A DNA stretch of 48,440 nt, taken from sequence record SRR22947725_384, one strand, 5' to 3'. The notes beneath the pieces are model-generated. The model was not told the DNA's origin. It did not search any database and worked only from the letters and a program-made list of their open reading frames with translations. Below are positions 1-9,710 of the stretch, piece after piece; position 1 is the first letter of the stretch, and every line of letters begins with the position of its first letter. A program made the translations under genes and the position numbers.

Positions 1-3000
1 TTCCAATTACTTTTATTTCCTTTGGTTTTGATTAGTGGGAATGTCTTTGGTCAGTTATCACTTGAAATTGATCCGATTACTCAGGTCTTGGTGGGGGGAG
101 GGTTTCAAATATCAGGAAGGATAGTACATGATGCTAATTCATCCAATATTACTGGCGGTACCCCTATTCAATTAGATATTGAAATTCAGGATCCCAGTGG
201 CACGCCCATTATGACAAACCCCACCCTCATTTTCTCCGGAGGTTTCTCCGGGGGAACGGTACAGCCCTATTCCGTTAGTTTTTCCATGCCCTGGAGTGAA
301 GATGATAAATGGAATACCACAGCAAGATGGCGTGCGGTGGCAACAGTGGTTGGAGGGGGAAGCCCCCAGGGAAATATAACTTTCCCGCTGGTTATTCCCG
401 ATCTAACAATTGGATCTGTTACTACCCCAGTTTCTGCCACTCCTGGTTCTTTTGTAAATATCCAAGGTTCCCTTTCTAATTTAAGTGTCGCAGCAACAGA
501 GGCACAAAGGTTCTTTAGAATCGAAGCGAGCATTGTAGGATCGAATGTTACCGAATCAATTATTTTTCCAGATCCAGCAAATTTTCCGGCAAACGCACCT
601 TGGCCAGTCGTAGGGGGTGCTGGTCTGAATTTTATAATCCCCAATTTTTTAATTCCTGCTACATCGAATGGTACGGTCCAAGTTCAAATCCAAGTGGACC
701 CTGCGAATCCACAAATTATTCCAGAATCAAATCTAAATAATAATACATTCAACCACCCCATTACTATTGTCCCCGGCAATGCAGATATTTCCGCAACCGT
801 CTTTTTTGATGCCCTCGGTACATACCAAGGCTTAGATCCTATAAAACTCAAACTGGTTGCCCGAAATACTGGCGATGCACCCATTGTAAACGGGGATAAT
901 TTTGACCTAGTTGTTGCCCTGTCTCAGGATAACAGATTTTCCAATGATGATTACATTCTTCGTGAAATTGATATGGGAGGTGGGGCGAATGCCTTGGGTC
1001 GTGGGTTACTGCCCAATGAGACCATCTCAGTGGACTGGGTTCAAATGTTACCAGATAATTTCGAGGGAGATTTTTATCTTATTGTAACTGAAAACAGAGC
1101 ACAGAATCCACTTTTCTCCTCTTCCACACCTGAGATATCTATCCGGTCCGAAAATTTGGTCAACCTGTCTTCAATTACTGCAAATCAGGCTAATCGTAGT
1201 AGCAGACCATCCACAGATCGAGATGGAAATTATGTGGTATTTGAATCTTTTCAAGCAGGCCAGACGCAGATTTTCGTTCAAAATATCCAAACTGGACAAA
1301 CAGTTCGTGCCTCGAATGGATATGATGGTACGAATCCGGATGGTTCAAGTTATGCCCCTCAAATAAGCTCAGATGGTCGCTATGTTGTGTTTCACTCGCT
1401 GGCCACCAACTTGGTACCGGGAGATAGTAATAACCATTCCGACATATTTTTATATGAAGTATCTTTATTGGATCGGGTTGCAGAGAACAATCCAACGGCA
1501 TCAAAATTAACTAAAATTTCCAACTCCTTTGCCGGAGGAAACTCAAATAGGGGCAGTTTTTATCCCAGTATTAACGCCACCGGAAGCCGGGTAGCATTTG
1601 AGTCAGAGGCTACCAATTTGACAAATGTAGGAAATGTAACAGGGGGAAGGCAGATTTATACCTTTGACCAAAATAACTCGACTGCATCTGGCGTTATTCG
1701 ACAAGTTACTTCCGGAAATAAAGATAGCTTTGACGCTTCAATTGACGGGAATGGAACGCGTATTGTTTTTACAACCTATGCAAATAACTTGGTATCGGGA
1801 GAGCAGGATGTTAATGAAAATTCCGATGTTATTTTGTGGGAAAATAACATTTTTTATTTTGCTGGACGAACGGAATCGGGTGCCCTTCCTGCAGGAGGAG
1901 ATAGCAAAGAACCAGTTATTAGCTTGGATGGAGGTGTCATTGCTTTCCAGTCCGCTGCACCCAACATGGTTTCTGAAAAGGGAATTTCCCATATTGAAAT
2001 TGTGGACGGAGGCCTTGGTTACACCAATAGTGCAACCGTACAAATCACCGATACCGATGGTTTCGGAGCCAGCGTGTCACTGAGCGTAAATACATACGGT
2101 GAGATAAGTGGGTTTACTATTGATACACCAGGTCAGGGTTATGTAGATGCCAACTTAACTGTTGTTCCCGACCCAAACGCACAGGCACCATCCCGTATCG
2201 TGAGTGCGATACCTCGATTAGTGAATCCCCGGGGTGATGTGTTTCGAATTAGCACCGCTGCGGTTAAAGCAGAAGCAGCCTCCACCAGAATCAGTCAGAG
2301 CCAAAGTTTAAATGGAATTGCAAAAGGCGAGACAGGTGGAAATGAAAGGAGCCGGGAGCCTGCAATTAATTCCGATGGCTCCCTAATTGTTTATTCAACT
2401 CGTGCCGGTAATCTACTGGATCTCAATATAACTTCCACGAGCACGAAGATTTTTCCCAACCAAAGTTTTCGTCCCGCATCAGCACAAGCCATTTTACATG
2501 GTGGAATTGGAAAGATTATTGTTGCAAATCCGGGTTCCGGGTATCCCGCTTCCGGTACTTTTCAAATTCAGGACTTGTCGGGTAATGGAAGTGGTGCCGT
2601 GGCAACCTACAAAGTAGATTCAAATGGCGGGATTGGTTCAATTGATATCGTCAATCAAGGATCGGGTTATGATTTAAGCCAGACCATAATATCTATCCAA
2701 AACCCAGGAACGGGAACTGGATTTGTGGTCGGACAAATTTTATTTCCTGCTGTCACAGGCTCCGTTGCAAATCGTACGGGGGGGGCATCTATTCAACGAA
2801 TTGAAATGATCGATCCGGGGATTGGTTATCCCCAGAGTATTCACCAGTCTATGCAAACACCGACTATTATTATCGATGGAGACGGTGTGGATACAGACGG
2901 CGATGGACAGGCAGATTCGAGGATCAATTCCGATCGCCTCCACTTTGGACAAAATGGAGAGGTCTACCTTGAGCAACAATTTAATATTTCTTTAAATAAT

Positions 3001-6000
3001 ATATCATCTCTTTCTTCCACCACGCTAGAAATTACAGATTATTCACGTATAGAAAAAGGCGAGGCTCCATTGGTATTCTCATTTGCAAATAATGCATTTC
3101 CACCTCCTCTTACAATCCGGACAAATGATAACAATATAACCGCGATTCGACAGAGGTTAATTACTGAGATTCGAAATCAATGGTCGAGCCCGCAGGACTT
3201 GTTTGATGGGCCCCAAATTGACAATAACTTAACGGGTGGCAGTTCTTTCAGGCTGAAGGCCCTATCCGGTAGGGTAACCAGCAATAACCCCTCCGCTCTA
3301 GGGGTTCAACATACGACAAATATGCTAATTCAAGGAAGCGGCTTTTCCAGGGCAACTGCTCAAATAATTGCCTCCCCTGTGATTCATGGTTTTTCGGAAG
3401 TATCCTCAGGAATGAATACCACAATTGCAGGAAGCGGAAGGCCCATTTTTCAATTCCAGAATGATACATTAACTGATGACATTTATCTTTACAATCATTC
3501 GAGCCTTCAAAATGAAAGAATCAGTGTTAGTAAGTTTGGCTTTCCGACTAATTATCTAGAAGAGGCCAGTATGCCCTCTCACCGGTTTCCTGCGATTACC
3601 GGGGACGGTCGCTACATTCTATTTAGTTCTGACGCAGGCGGATTAGGCGGAATAGTTTTTGGTAACTCCAACCAATTGCCTTTACCCGCAATCGATAACA
3701 GAAGGCGGGACATTTTTATAAGAGATATGAAATCGCTCAGTTTGCCACAATCAAAGGCCACCATTTCTTTACAAATGGATATTTTTGAAGAAACGAACTT
3801 CACCATAACTCATGGCCAACAAATGCCAATTATCATACATACTCAACTTGAGAAAGGATATGTTGAACGCGCTTCATTGTACGTTGATAACCAGCTTATA
3901 AATTCAATTACACCTAGAAATAACGGTTCAAGTTCAACTCAAATCATTATTCCCTGGCTCAATATCCGCGAAGGAAATTCAAATATTCATGTGTTAGTCG
4001 AAGATAATTTCGGTAATCGTTTTCAAAGCAATAACTATGGAGTAAATGTAACTGCTCAAAATCCAGAAATAATGAGCGGATCATTAAATTTAAATCCCTC
4101 AGTTTTGGGTAAAGATGACATTATGATAATAAATGGAAATGCTTTATCTGGACCATTTACTGAAGGGGATTTAGATGAGGCTTTTGCCTTGGGTCGACCA
4201 GAGGCTAACTTGGCAAATATGGCATTTTTTGAATCGGAGTCTATAAACAACCGGGTACCCCTTTCCAACCTTTATCCATCTCGAGCAAATATCACTCGTA
4301 GTTCATTTTTGAATGCTCATGTGGAGGCGGTAAATTCTCGCGGTAAGAAATCGGACCTAGAAAAAGTAATCTTTTTCTTAAATGGAAAAAAAATTAAAAC
4401 AGACCAAACTCCTCCCTACTCAGTAGATTTTACTCCCCCTGTTTTTTCCGACGACAATAAAACGCTTTTTACGGATTGGGTTTTAAGTGCACAGGCAGTT
4501 CCCCTGAAGGGTGCCTCATTTACTCTAAATGAGTTTGGTGGCATTGATCATGAAGTAGTCTTTCCAGTTTCAGAGTTAAAGATTATTTCCGGAAATTTAA
4601 ATAGTGCTGGTGAGGTATACGAAGGTCAGTCAATCGGACTACAAGTTTCTGTCACTGGTGATTCCAATATTCTATCTACTTCACGGGCACAACACTTTGT
4701 TGTTAACGGAATTCCGCTAGCGAGTGCTTCAGCATCTCCAACTCAGAATGCAAATGGTGAAACTCTCATGGTTGATTTTTATGCTACACTTATCGCAGAT
4801 TTTGCTAAGTATGCAGAACCGGATGGAACAATCGAAATTACGGCTTTTGGAGAATTAGATGTTAGAAATAATTATACTCCAGTTTATCGATCTAATTCGA
4901 TAAAATTAAAAATCGCTCCGCCTATTCCATGGATCGATTCGACAAGTACAGCGGTATCCCTATTCTCAGACCTATCTGACGATAACCTTAGCAGTAATCA
5001 ACTACAAATTTTTCAAAATATTAATAAAACAAGTTCCAGTCCAATTGCCGACTGGACTGAGTATTTGGTTGCATTGGGAGATTTTCAAAACCGAATTGAT
5101 ATCCATACAGCACATCATATTACAATGGGTGCATGGCATGAATCATTTGTAGATTACAAAACCGAAACCGATTCTTTTGTTCCAGCGGATTCTAATTCTT
5201 CCATTTTGTGGCTTAAATCTTATATAAATACTTTATTATCAGGCTCTAGTTATGTTTCAAAATTTGGACAAGTTCCCTATCTTGTTGGATCCGCATCAAT
5301 GGGTACAGTTTACAATTTTGGACTTAATCGAAGAATGTTTGCCGAGCAATGTTTACGAAACAAATTTTCTTATAATCCATCTTTTTTACAAATGAATCAA
5401 GCGTCTGTAAAAATGCTAAATTTTTGGAGTCAATTTGAGCCAAACTATTGGGAATTAGGGTCAAGGGTAGACGAAAATGCACCGACTGACTCACCTCCGC
5501 GTCGAGACTCTCTAACAGGCAATAATTACGGTGCAGGAGAATGTGCAGTTGATTTAATTTACCGGTTGGCAGTGGAAGAAAAAATTAATGGATTTCCTTA
5601 TATTTCTTATACCGAAGACTACAGGGAAAGTTATTATAAAGTTGGGGCAATAATGGTTTCCCTTTGGAAACAAAAGGCATACCCTATGGATCTTTCGTTT
5701 ATTCAGTCTATCCAAGCCAAACCCTTAAAAAATATAATTGAGACAATTCTTGCCGATCGTCGCTACACCTCGAAATTTAATCTTATTTGGTCCGAGTCTG
5801 ATGAAGTTCAGGACGCACCCGATTGGAAAAGTGAAAGCTGGTTTGGCTACTTTATGGATTCTCATTTCCCCTGGGTATACCATGAGGATTTAGGTTGGGT
5901 TTATATTGCCGGTGTATCAACTAGTCAATTTTGGTTTTACAGTGAAAAATTGGGTTGGGTCTGGACTGGATTAACCCATTACCCCGCACTTTATAGCAGT

Positions 6001-6081
6001 AATGAGAAAGGATGGATCTATTTTGACAAAGTAAGGTCCGCTTATTATTCCTATGTAACTAATTCCTGGAATTCATTTTAG
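1..6081 (+). CDS. Giant exported/surface protein, 5'-partial: CARDB-like Ig domains, TolB-like (PD40) beta-propeller repeats, GxGY beta repeats, Trp/Tyr-rich C-terminal domain
   Basis: Frame is open from base 1 (FQLLLFPLVLISGNVFG-Q looks like the end of a signal peptide), so the true start lies upstream of the window. CARDB-like 'VDPANPQIIPESNLNNN'; repeated 'P.IS.DGRYVVF.S.A.NLV.GD.N..SDIF' blades; C-terminal 'WFGYF..FPWVYHEDLGWVY..LGWVWT..GWIYF'. Confidence 0.8.
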   Translation, partial: FQLLLFPLVLISGNVFGQLSLEIDPITQVLVGGGFQISGRIVHDANSSNITGGTPIQLDIEIQDPSGTPIMTNPTLIFSGGFSGGTVQPYSVSFSMPWSEDDKWNTTARWRAVATVVGGGSPQGNITFPLVIPDLTIGSVTTPVSATPGSFVNIQGSLSNLSVAATEAQRFFRIEASIVGSNVTESIIFPDPANFPANAPWPVVGGAGLNFIIPNFLIPATSNGTVQVQIQVDPANPQIIPESNLNNNTFNHPITIVPGNADISATVFFDALGTYQGLDPIKLKLVARNTGDAPIVNGDNFDLVVALSQDNRFSNDDYILREIDMGGGANALGRGLLPNETISVDWVQMLPDNFEGDFYLIVTENRAQNPLFSSSTPEISIRSENLVNLSSITANQANRSSRPSTDRDGNYVVFESFQAGQTQIFVQNIQTGQTVRASNGYDGTNPDGSSYAPQISSDGRYVVFHSLATNLVPGDSNNHSDIFLYEVSLLDRVAENNPTASKLTKISNSFAGGNSNRGSFYPSINATGSRVAFESEATNLTNVGNVTGGRQIYTFDQNNSTASGVIRQVTSGNKDSFDASIDGNGTRIVFTTYANNLVSGEQDVNENSDVILWENNIFYFAGRTESGALPAGGDSKEPVISLDGGVIAFQSAAPNMVSEKGISHIEIVDGGLGYTNSATVQITDTDGFGASVSLSVNTYGEISGFTIDTPGQGYVDANLTVVPDPNAQAPSRIVSAIPRLVNPRGDVFRISTAAVKAEAASTRISQSQSLNGIAKGETGGNERSREPAINSDGSLIVYSTRAGNLLDLNITSTSTKIFPNQSFRPASAQAILHGGIGKIIVANPGSGYPASGTFQIQDLSGNGSGAVATYKVDSNGGIGSIDIVNQGSGYDLSQTIISIQNPGTGTGFVVGQILFPAVTGSVANRTGGASIQRIEMIDPGIGYPQSIHQSMQTPTIIIDGDGVDTDGDGQADSRINSDRLHFGQNGEVYLEQQFNISLNNISSLSSTTLEITDYSRIEKGEAPLVFSFANNAFPPPLTIRTNDNNITAIRQRLITEIRNQWSSPQDLFDGPQIDNNLTGGSSFRLKALSGRVTSNNPSALGVQHTTNMLIQGSGFSRATAQIIASPVIHGFSEVSSGMNTTIAGSGRPIFQFQNDTLTDDIYLYNHSSLQNERISVSKFGFPTNYLEEASMPSHRFPAITGDGRYILFSSDAGGLGGIVFGNSNQLPLPAIDNRRRDIFIRDMKSLSLPQSKATISLQMDIFEETNFTITHGQQMPIIIHTQLEKGYVERASLYVDNQLINSITPRNNGSSSTQIIIPWLNIREGNSNIHVLVEDNFGNRFQSNNYGVNVTAQNPEIMSGSLNLNPSVLGKDDIMIINGNALSGPFTEGDLDEAFALGRPEANLANMAFFESESINNRVPLSNLYPSRANITRSSFLNAHVEAVNSRGKKSDLEKVIFFLNGKKIKTDQTPPYSVDFTPPVFSDDNKTLFTDWVLSAQAVPLKGASFTLNEFGGIDHEVVFPVSELKIISGNLNSAGEVYEGQSIGLQVSVTGDSNILSTSRAQHFVVNGIPLASASASPTQNANGETLMVDFYATLIADFAKYAEPDGTIEITAFGELDVRNNYTPVYRSNSIKLKIAPPIPWIDSTSTAVSLFSDLSDDNLSSNQLQIFQNINKTSSSPIADWTEYLVALGDFQNRIDIHTAHHITMGAWHESFVDYKTETDSFVPADSNSSILWLKSYINTLLSGSSYVSKFGQVPYLVGSASMGTVYNFGLNRRMFAEQCLRNKFSYNPSFLQMNQASVKMLNFWSQFEPNYWELGSRVDENAPTDSPPRRDSLTGNNYGAGECAVDLIYRLAVEEKINGFPYISYTEDYRESYYKVGAIMVSLWKQKAYPMDLSFIQSIQAKPLKNIIETILADRRYTSKFNLIWSESDEVQDAPDWKSESWFGYFMDSHFPWVYHEDLGWVYIAGVSTSQFWFYSEKLGWVWTGLTHYPALYSSNEKGWIYFDKVRSAYYSYVTNSWNSF

Positions 6082-6101
6082 TAGACTACTACTAATTTAA
6101 T

Positions 6102-7139
6102 GTGACTAGATTTGTGCACTTAATTCATTCTCTTGATCCACAAGGAGGGGGAGTTTCAGAAGCAGTGGTTCGATTGGATAGTGAATTTAATAAGTGTGTA
6201 GAAAAATCATCGATTCTATCGAATCGATTCTCTATTCCTGAAAAATGTTCAGCAGTTCTGGCCCATGGCCTTTGGCAATGGCCAAGTTATATGGCATGGA
6301 AAAACTACAAGAAGAACGGAATTCCCTATTTAGTGTTTCCTCATGGTATGCTGGATCCATGGTTTAAAAAAACCTACCCATTAAAGCATATTAAAAAACA
6401 AGTTTATTGGTGGTATCGTCAGGGTACAATCCTTCGCGATGCTTATGCGGTTTGTTTTACCACGGAGGAAGAGCGTTTACTGGCTCAAAAAACTTTTTCG
6501 CCTTATCAGTGCAGGGAAATTGTAACTGGCCTCGGAGTGGGGGACCCACCTGGTGATTTAGAAGAGCAAAGTGCGTTGCTATATTCTCAATTTCCTCAAT
6601 TAAAAAATAAAAGAGTTCTTCTTTATCTCGGTCGTTTTCATCCAAAAAAAGGAGTCGATTTATTAATTAATGCATTCGTCAAATACAGTAACGACGATGA
6701 TATCCTGGTGTTAGCCGGACCTTCTAATAAACAAGATTCTTACCTCAGAACCTTACAGAAATTAACTGCAAAAAATGAGAAGCAAATTCTATGGACCGGT
6801 ATGCTGGAGGGAGATTTAAAATGGGGAGCGTTGCGAGTAGCCGATGCCTTAATTCTTCCTTCCCACCAGGAAAACTTTGGAATGGTGATTGCCGAGGCTT
6901 TATCGGTTGGAACTCCTGTTTTTCTTACCAATAAAGTGAATTTATGGAGAGAGGTAGTTGATTTTGGTGCTGGCATTGTGTCGAATGATCACCAGGAAGG
7001 AATTTTAGAACTTGTTCATAAATGGAGCAGGGGAGAGCATGATCAATTGGTAGAAAACACAGTGTCATGTTTTCGTGAGAAGTTTAATATTTCCAAAACA
7101 GCAGAAAATATTATGTCTCTTTTTTCAAAGAACGAATAG
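6102..7139 (+). CDS. Glycosyltransferase family 4 (GT-B)
   Basis: 'PHGMLDPW', 'LYLGRFHPKKG', 'LPSHQENFGMVIAEALSVGTPV' (E-x7-E motif). Confidence 0.92.
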   Translation: MTRFVHLIHSLDPQGGGVSEAVVRLDSEFNKCVEKSSILSNRFSIPEKCSAVLAHGLWQWPSYMAWKNYKKNGIPYLVFPHGMLDPWFKKTYPLKHIKKQVYWWYRQGTILRDAYAVCFTTEEERLLAQKTFSPYQCREIVTGLGVGDPPGDLEEQSALLYSQFPQLKNKRVLLYLGRFHPKKGVDLLINAFVKYSNDDDILVLAGPSNKQDSYLRTLQKLTAKNEKQILWTGMLEGDLKWGALRVADALILPSHQENFGMVIAEALSVGTPVFLTNKVNLWREVVDFGAGIVSNDHQEGILELVHKWSRGEHDQLVENTVSCFREKFNISKTAENIMSLFSKNE

Positions 7140-7162
7140 ATTCATCTTCCAATAACCGGATT

Positions 7163-8293
7163 ATGAAAATAACAATCTTACAGGGTGCTTTTTTCCCAGT
7201 ACCAGCAATTCAGGGGGGTGCGATTGAGAAAGCATGGGAGGTGCTAGGGCAAGCTTTTGCTGCAGTTGGTCACAATGTCACCCATATTTCAAAAAGACAC
7301 CCAGAGCTTCCGGATAATGAGTATATCGGAGCGGTTCATCATTTGAGGGTGAGGGGCTTTAAAAGTGTACAGAATCCATACCTTTTAAAATTAAAGGAGT
7401 TACTTTATGTTTTAAAAGTAAGGAGTGTTTTACCACCTGCTGATATTTTGGTGACCCATACTTTTTGGGCCCCACTGTTATTACCGCAAAAGAAATATGG
7501 AAAATTATTCGTGCATGTGGGTCGATACCCCAAGGGTCAATTGAAATTTTATACCAAAGCAAGTCGCTTTCAGGTTCCGACTAGCGCGATTGCCCGGGCG
7601 GTAGAAAATGAAGTACCAATGCGCTTCGATGATATCTGTATTTTACCGTACCCTTTAAGTTGGAATATCGACTGCAATTATGAGTATTCCAAACGGCCTA
7701 AAACAGTTTTATATCTTGGTAGAATACATGCGGAGAAAGGAATTCTCGAGCTAGTTAATGCTTTCAAGAATATTCCATTAGCTGATCGTAAGGACTGGAA
7801 ATTATTGATCCGTGGACCATGGCGAACAGAGCAAGGGGGTGGAGGGGAAAACTATTTATCTAAAGTAACCAATGCGATTCAAGACTGTGGTCCTCAAATT
7901 GAAATCCTGGAGCCTACTTTTTCATCAGTGGAATTAAAAAAAGAATTAGAAAAAGCGAGGCTTTTTGTATATCCTTCGCTTGCGGAAAAGGGAGAAACCT
8001 TTGGTCTCGCTGTCTTGGAAGCAATGAGTTGTGGATGTGTTCCCTTGGTCTCTTCATTGGAGTGTTTCCAGGATCTGGTCGAAGAAAACGAGAATGGGTA
8101 CATTTTTGACCATCGATCGAAAGATTTAGTTCGTAGTCTTTCTCTAACTCTCCTTAAGTCTATACAGGCAACCAATCAGAATATGGTTTTTTCTTCCCGT
8201 TGTTTAATAAAGGCGAAAGAGTTCGAATTAGATCGATTAGCACTCCAGTATATTGGAGATTTTAGTAATTTACTTTCAAAAAAAGATTCTTGA
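7163..8293 (+). CDS. Glycosyltransferase family 4 (GT-B)
   Basis: 'FPVPAIQGGAIE', 'LYLGRIHAEKG', 'ETFGLAVLEAMSCG'. Confidence 0.92.
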   Translation: MKITILQGAFFPVPAIQGGAIEKAWEVLGQAFAAVGHNVTHISKRHPELPDNEYIGAVHHLRVRGFKSVQNPYLLKLKELLYVLKVRSVLPPADILVTHTFWAPLLLPQKKYGKLFVHVGRYPKGQLKFYTKASRFQVPTSAIARAVENEVPMRFDDICILPYPLSWNIDCNYEYSKRPKTVLYLGRIHAEKGILELVNAFKNIPLADRKDWKLLIRGPWRTEQGGGGENYLSKVTNAIQDCGPQIEILEPTFSSVELKKELEKARLFVYPSLAEKGETFGLAVLEAMSCGCVPLVSSLECFQDLVEENENGYIFDHRSKDLVRSLSLTLLKSIQATNQNMVFSSRCLIKAKEFELDRLALQYIGDFSNLLSKKDS

Positions 8294-8345
8294 TATTCAT
8301 TTATAAATGCTTGGAGTCCAACTCAATTCATTCTATTATAAAATC

Positions 8346-8882
8346 ATGAAAAATCCCTTACGACTTCTTCTGACCCTCGGGTTTATTGGAGTACTTACTT
8401 ATGGAATCCACTTGTTCTCGCAGTCACAGGAAGTGGCAAAAGAAACAACGGTATCTGGAAAGAAAGTAACCTTACCAAGCGAGTTATTGGATACCGATGG
8501 AAATGAAGTATTCTTAGATGAATTAAAAGGAAAGTATATTGGACTCTATTTTTCAGCGAGCTGGTGTGGTCCATGCCGTACATTCACTCCAAAATTAGTT
8601 CAATTTCGAGACCAGAACGAAGAAAATTTTGAGGTGGTCTTAGTAGGTTCAGATGGGAGTGCGAAAGCACAGGCAAATTACATGAAGAAGTATAAGATGC
8701 CTTGGCTTGCATTAAAAAATCAATCAGAGGAAGCTCGGGAACTTAGTCTTTCTCTCGATGTGGAGTATATTCCTTACCTGATTGTACTGGATCCAGATGG
8801 AAATGTTGTTACTACGAGTGGGAAGCAAGATATTTCTCGACTTGGTTCAGAGGCATTTTCCTCTTGGGTAAAGAAGAAATAA
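8346..8882 (+). CDS. Membrane-anchored thioredoxin-like protein (nucleoredoxin/tryparedoxin-like)
   Basis: 'LYFSASWCGPCRTFTP' active site, 'MPWLA', cis-Pro 'YIPYL', N-terminal hydrophobic anchor. ATG 8346 preferred over 8307. Confidence 0.88.
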   Translation: MKNPLRLLLTLGFIGVLTYGIHLFSQSQEVAKETTVSGKKVTLPSELLDTDGNEVFLDELKGKYIGLYFSASWCGPCRTFTPKLVQFRDQNEENFEVVLVGSDGSAKAQANYMKKYKMPWLALKNQSEEARELSLSLDVEYIPYLIVLDPDGNVVTTSGKQDISRLGSEAFSSWVKKK

Positions 8883-8889
8883 CAAATTT

Positions 8890-9651
8890 TTACAGACGAA
8901 CGGGAATTCCCGCTGCTTCCATCACTTTCTTAGTTTGGGGTATTGTACATTCCCCAAAGTGGAAAATACTCGCTACTAAAACGGCACTAGCCTTACCTTT
9001 TATGATTCCGTCAGCCATATGACTCGGATTTCCCACTCCACCAGATGCGATTACTGGGACTGGAACGGCATCACTAATTGTTCTGGTTAATTCCAAATCA
9101 TATCCTGCTTTAGTTCCATCCTGGTCCATACTGGTAAGGAGAATTTCTCCTGCTCCTCGCTGAACTACTTCTTTTGCCCATTCTACTGCATCAAGGGGCG
9201 TAATTTTTCTTCCTCCATGTGTATAGACACTCCAAGTTTTAGAATCAGTATTTCTTTTGGCATCGATTGCCACCACAATACATTGATTGCCAAAAGTTTT
9301 GGAAGCTTCGTTAATAAGAGAGGGCTTGAGTATCGCTGCCGTATTCAGGCTTACTTTATCTGCGCCAGAAAGAAGCATGTCTCGAATATTAGTTACATTT
9401 CGAATGCCTCCCCCCACAGTTAAGGGCATAAAGCAGGTGGCTGCGGTTTTTTCGACCACATCTCGCATAGTATTTCGTTCATCACTGGAAGCAGTAATAT
9501 CAAGGAAAACAAGTTCATCTGCCCCCTGTTCTTCGTAGGCTTGAGCAACTAGGACGGGGTCTCCAGCATCCCGTAATTCTTTGAACTTTATTCCTTTTAC
9601 CACACGACCGTTGTCGACATCAAGACAGGGGATGACTCGGGCGGATAGCAT
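8890..9651 (-). CDS. hisF: Imidazole glycerol phosphate synthase cyclase subunit
   Basis: '[14 protein letters not shown]', '[13 protein letters not shown]', '[20 protein letters not shown]', 'ASIFHFG'. Confidence 0.98.
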   Translation of the reverse strand: MLSARVIPCLDVDNGRVVKGIKFKELRDAGDPVLVAQAYEEQGADELVFLDITASSDERNTMRDVVEKTAATCFMPLTVGGGIRNVTNIRDMLLSGADKVSLNTAAILKPSLINEASKTFGNQCIVVAIDAKRNTDSKTWSVYTHGGRKITPLDAVEWAKEVVQRGAGEILLTSMDQDGTKAGYDLELTRTISDAVPVPVIASGGVGNPSHMADGIIKGKASAVLVASIFHFGECTIPQTKKVMEAAGIPVRL

Positions 9652-9710
9652 AAATTAAGATAATCTTATTACGTGAATCGTCATGGATTGCGATTCAAAG
9701 TAAATTGAAA

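Noticed and set aside
1981-2830. Prophage remnant
   Set aside because: The phage-like repeats are internal modules of one intact cellular exported protein; no phage genes flank it.
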